Positions 63,939-64,000 of a DNA stretch of 64,000 nt are shown here, in pieces. The translations under genes and the position numbers were made by a program. The notes under the pieces are model-generated. The model was not told the DNA's origin. It saw nothing but the letters and a program-made list of their open reading frames with translations, and searched no databases. Origin of the DNA: Pocillopora damicornis (Eukaryota); assembly GCF_003704095.1 (NCBI RefSeq), contig NW_020846747.1:682001-746000 (forward strand). Direction: 5' to 3'. Within the stretch, counting starts at the first letter, position 1; each line of letters starts with the position of its first letter.

Positions 63939-64000
63939 CTAAAAGCAGGTTGGAATGATTTTGAATTAGATTCATCAGAATGGTCAGTAAAATGTTATGG

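Overview
Eukaryotic, AT-rich, intron-containing scaffold with several N gaps. Gene content and repeat families point to a cnidarian, most likely a stony coral (inference). Gene order: CARF-like remnant, TMEM177-like 3' part (-), an inverted pair of intronless Vps62/DUF946-like genes (one intact, one with two lesions), a Mab-21/cGAS-like locus, C18orf21/RMP24-like (-) head-to-head with a 17-exon GMP synthase (+), HPS3 (-), then ureD (+), ureG (-), intronless DYNLT1 (+) and the 3' exons of urease (-). Two things stand out. (1) An intron-bearing animal urease gene cluster: urease, ureG and ureD within about 16 kb. (2) A cGAS-like locus in which one 62-nt coding exon encoding a 20-aa hydrophobic anchor is in phase with two tandem Mab-21 terminal exons, one with an intact catalytic triad and one apparently degenerate. 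All exon structures were read by hand from splice signals and reading phase; no searches were run.
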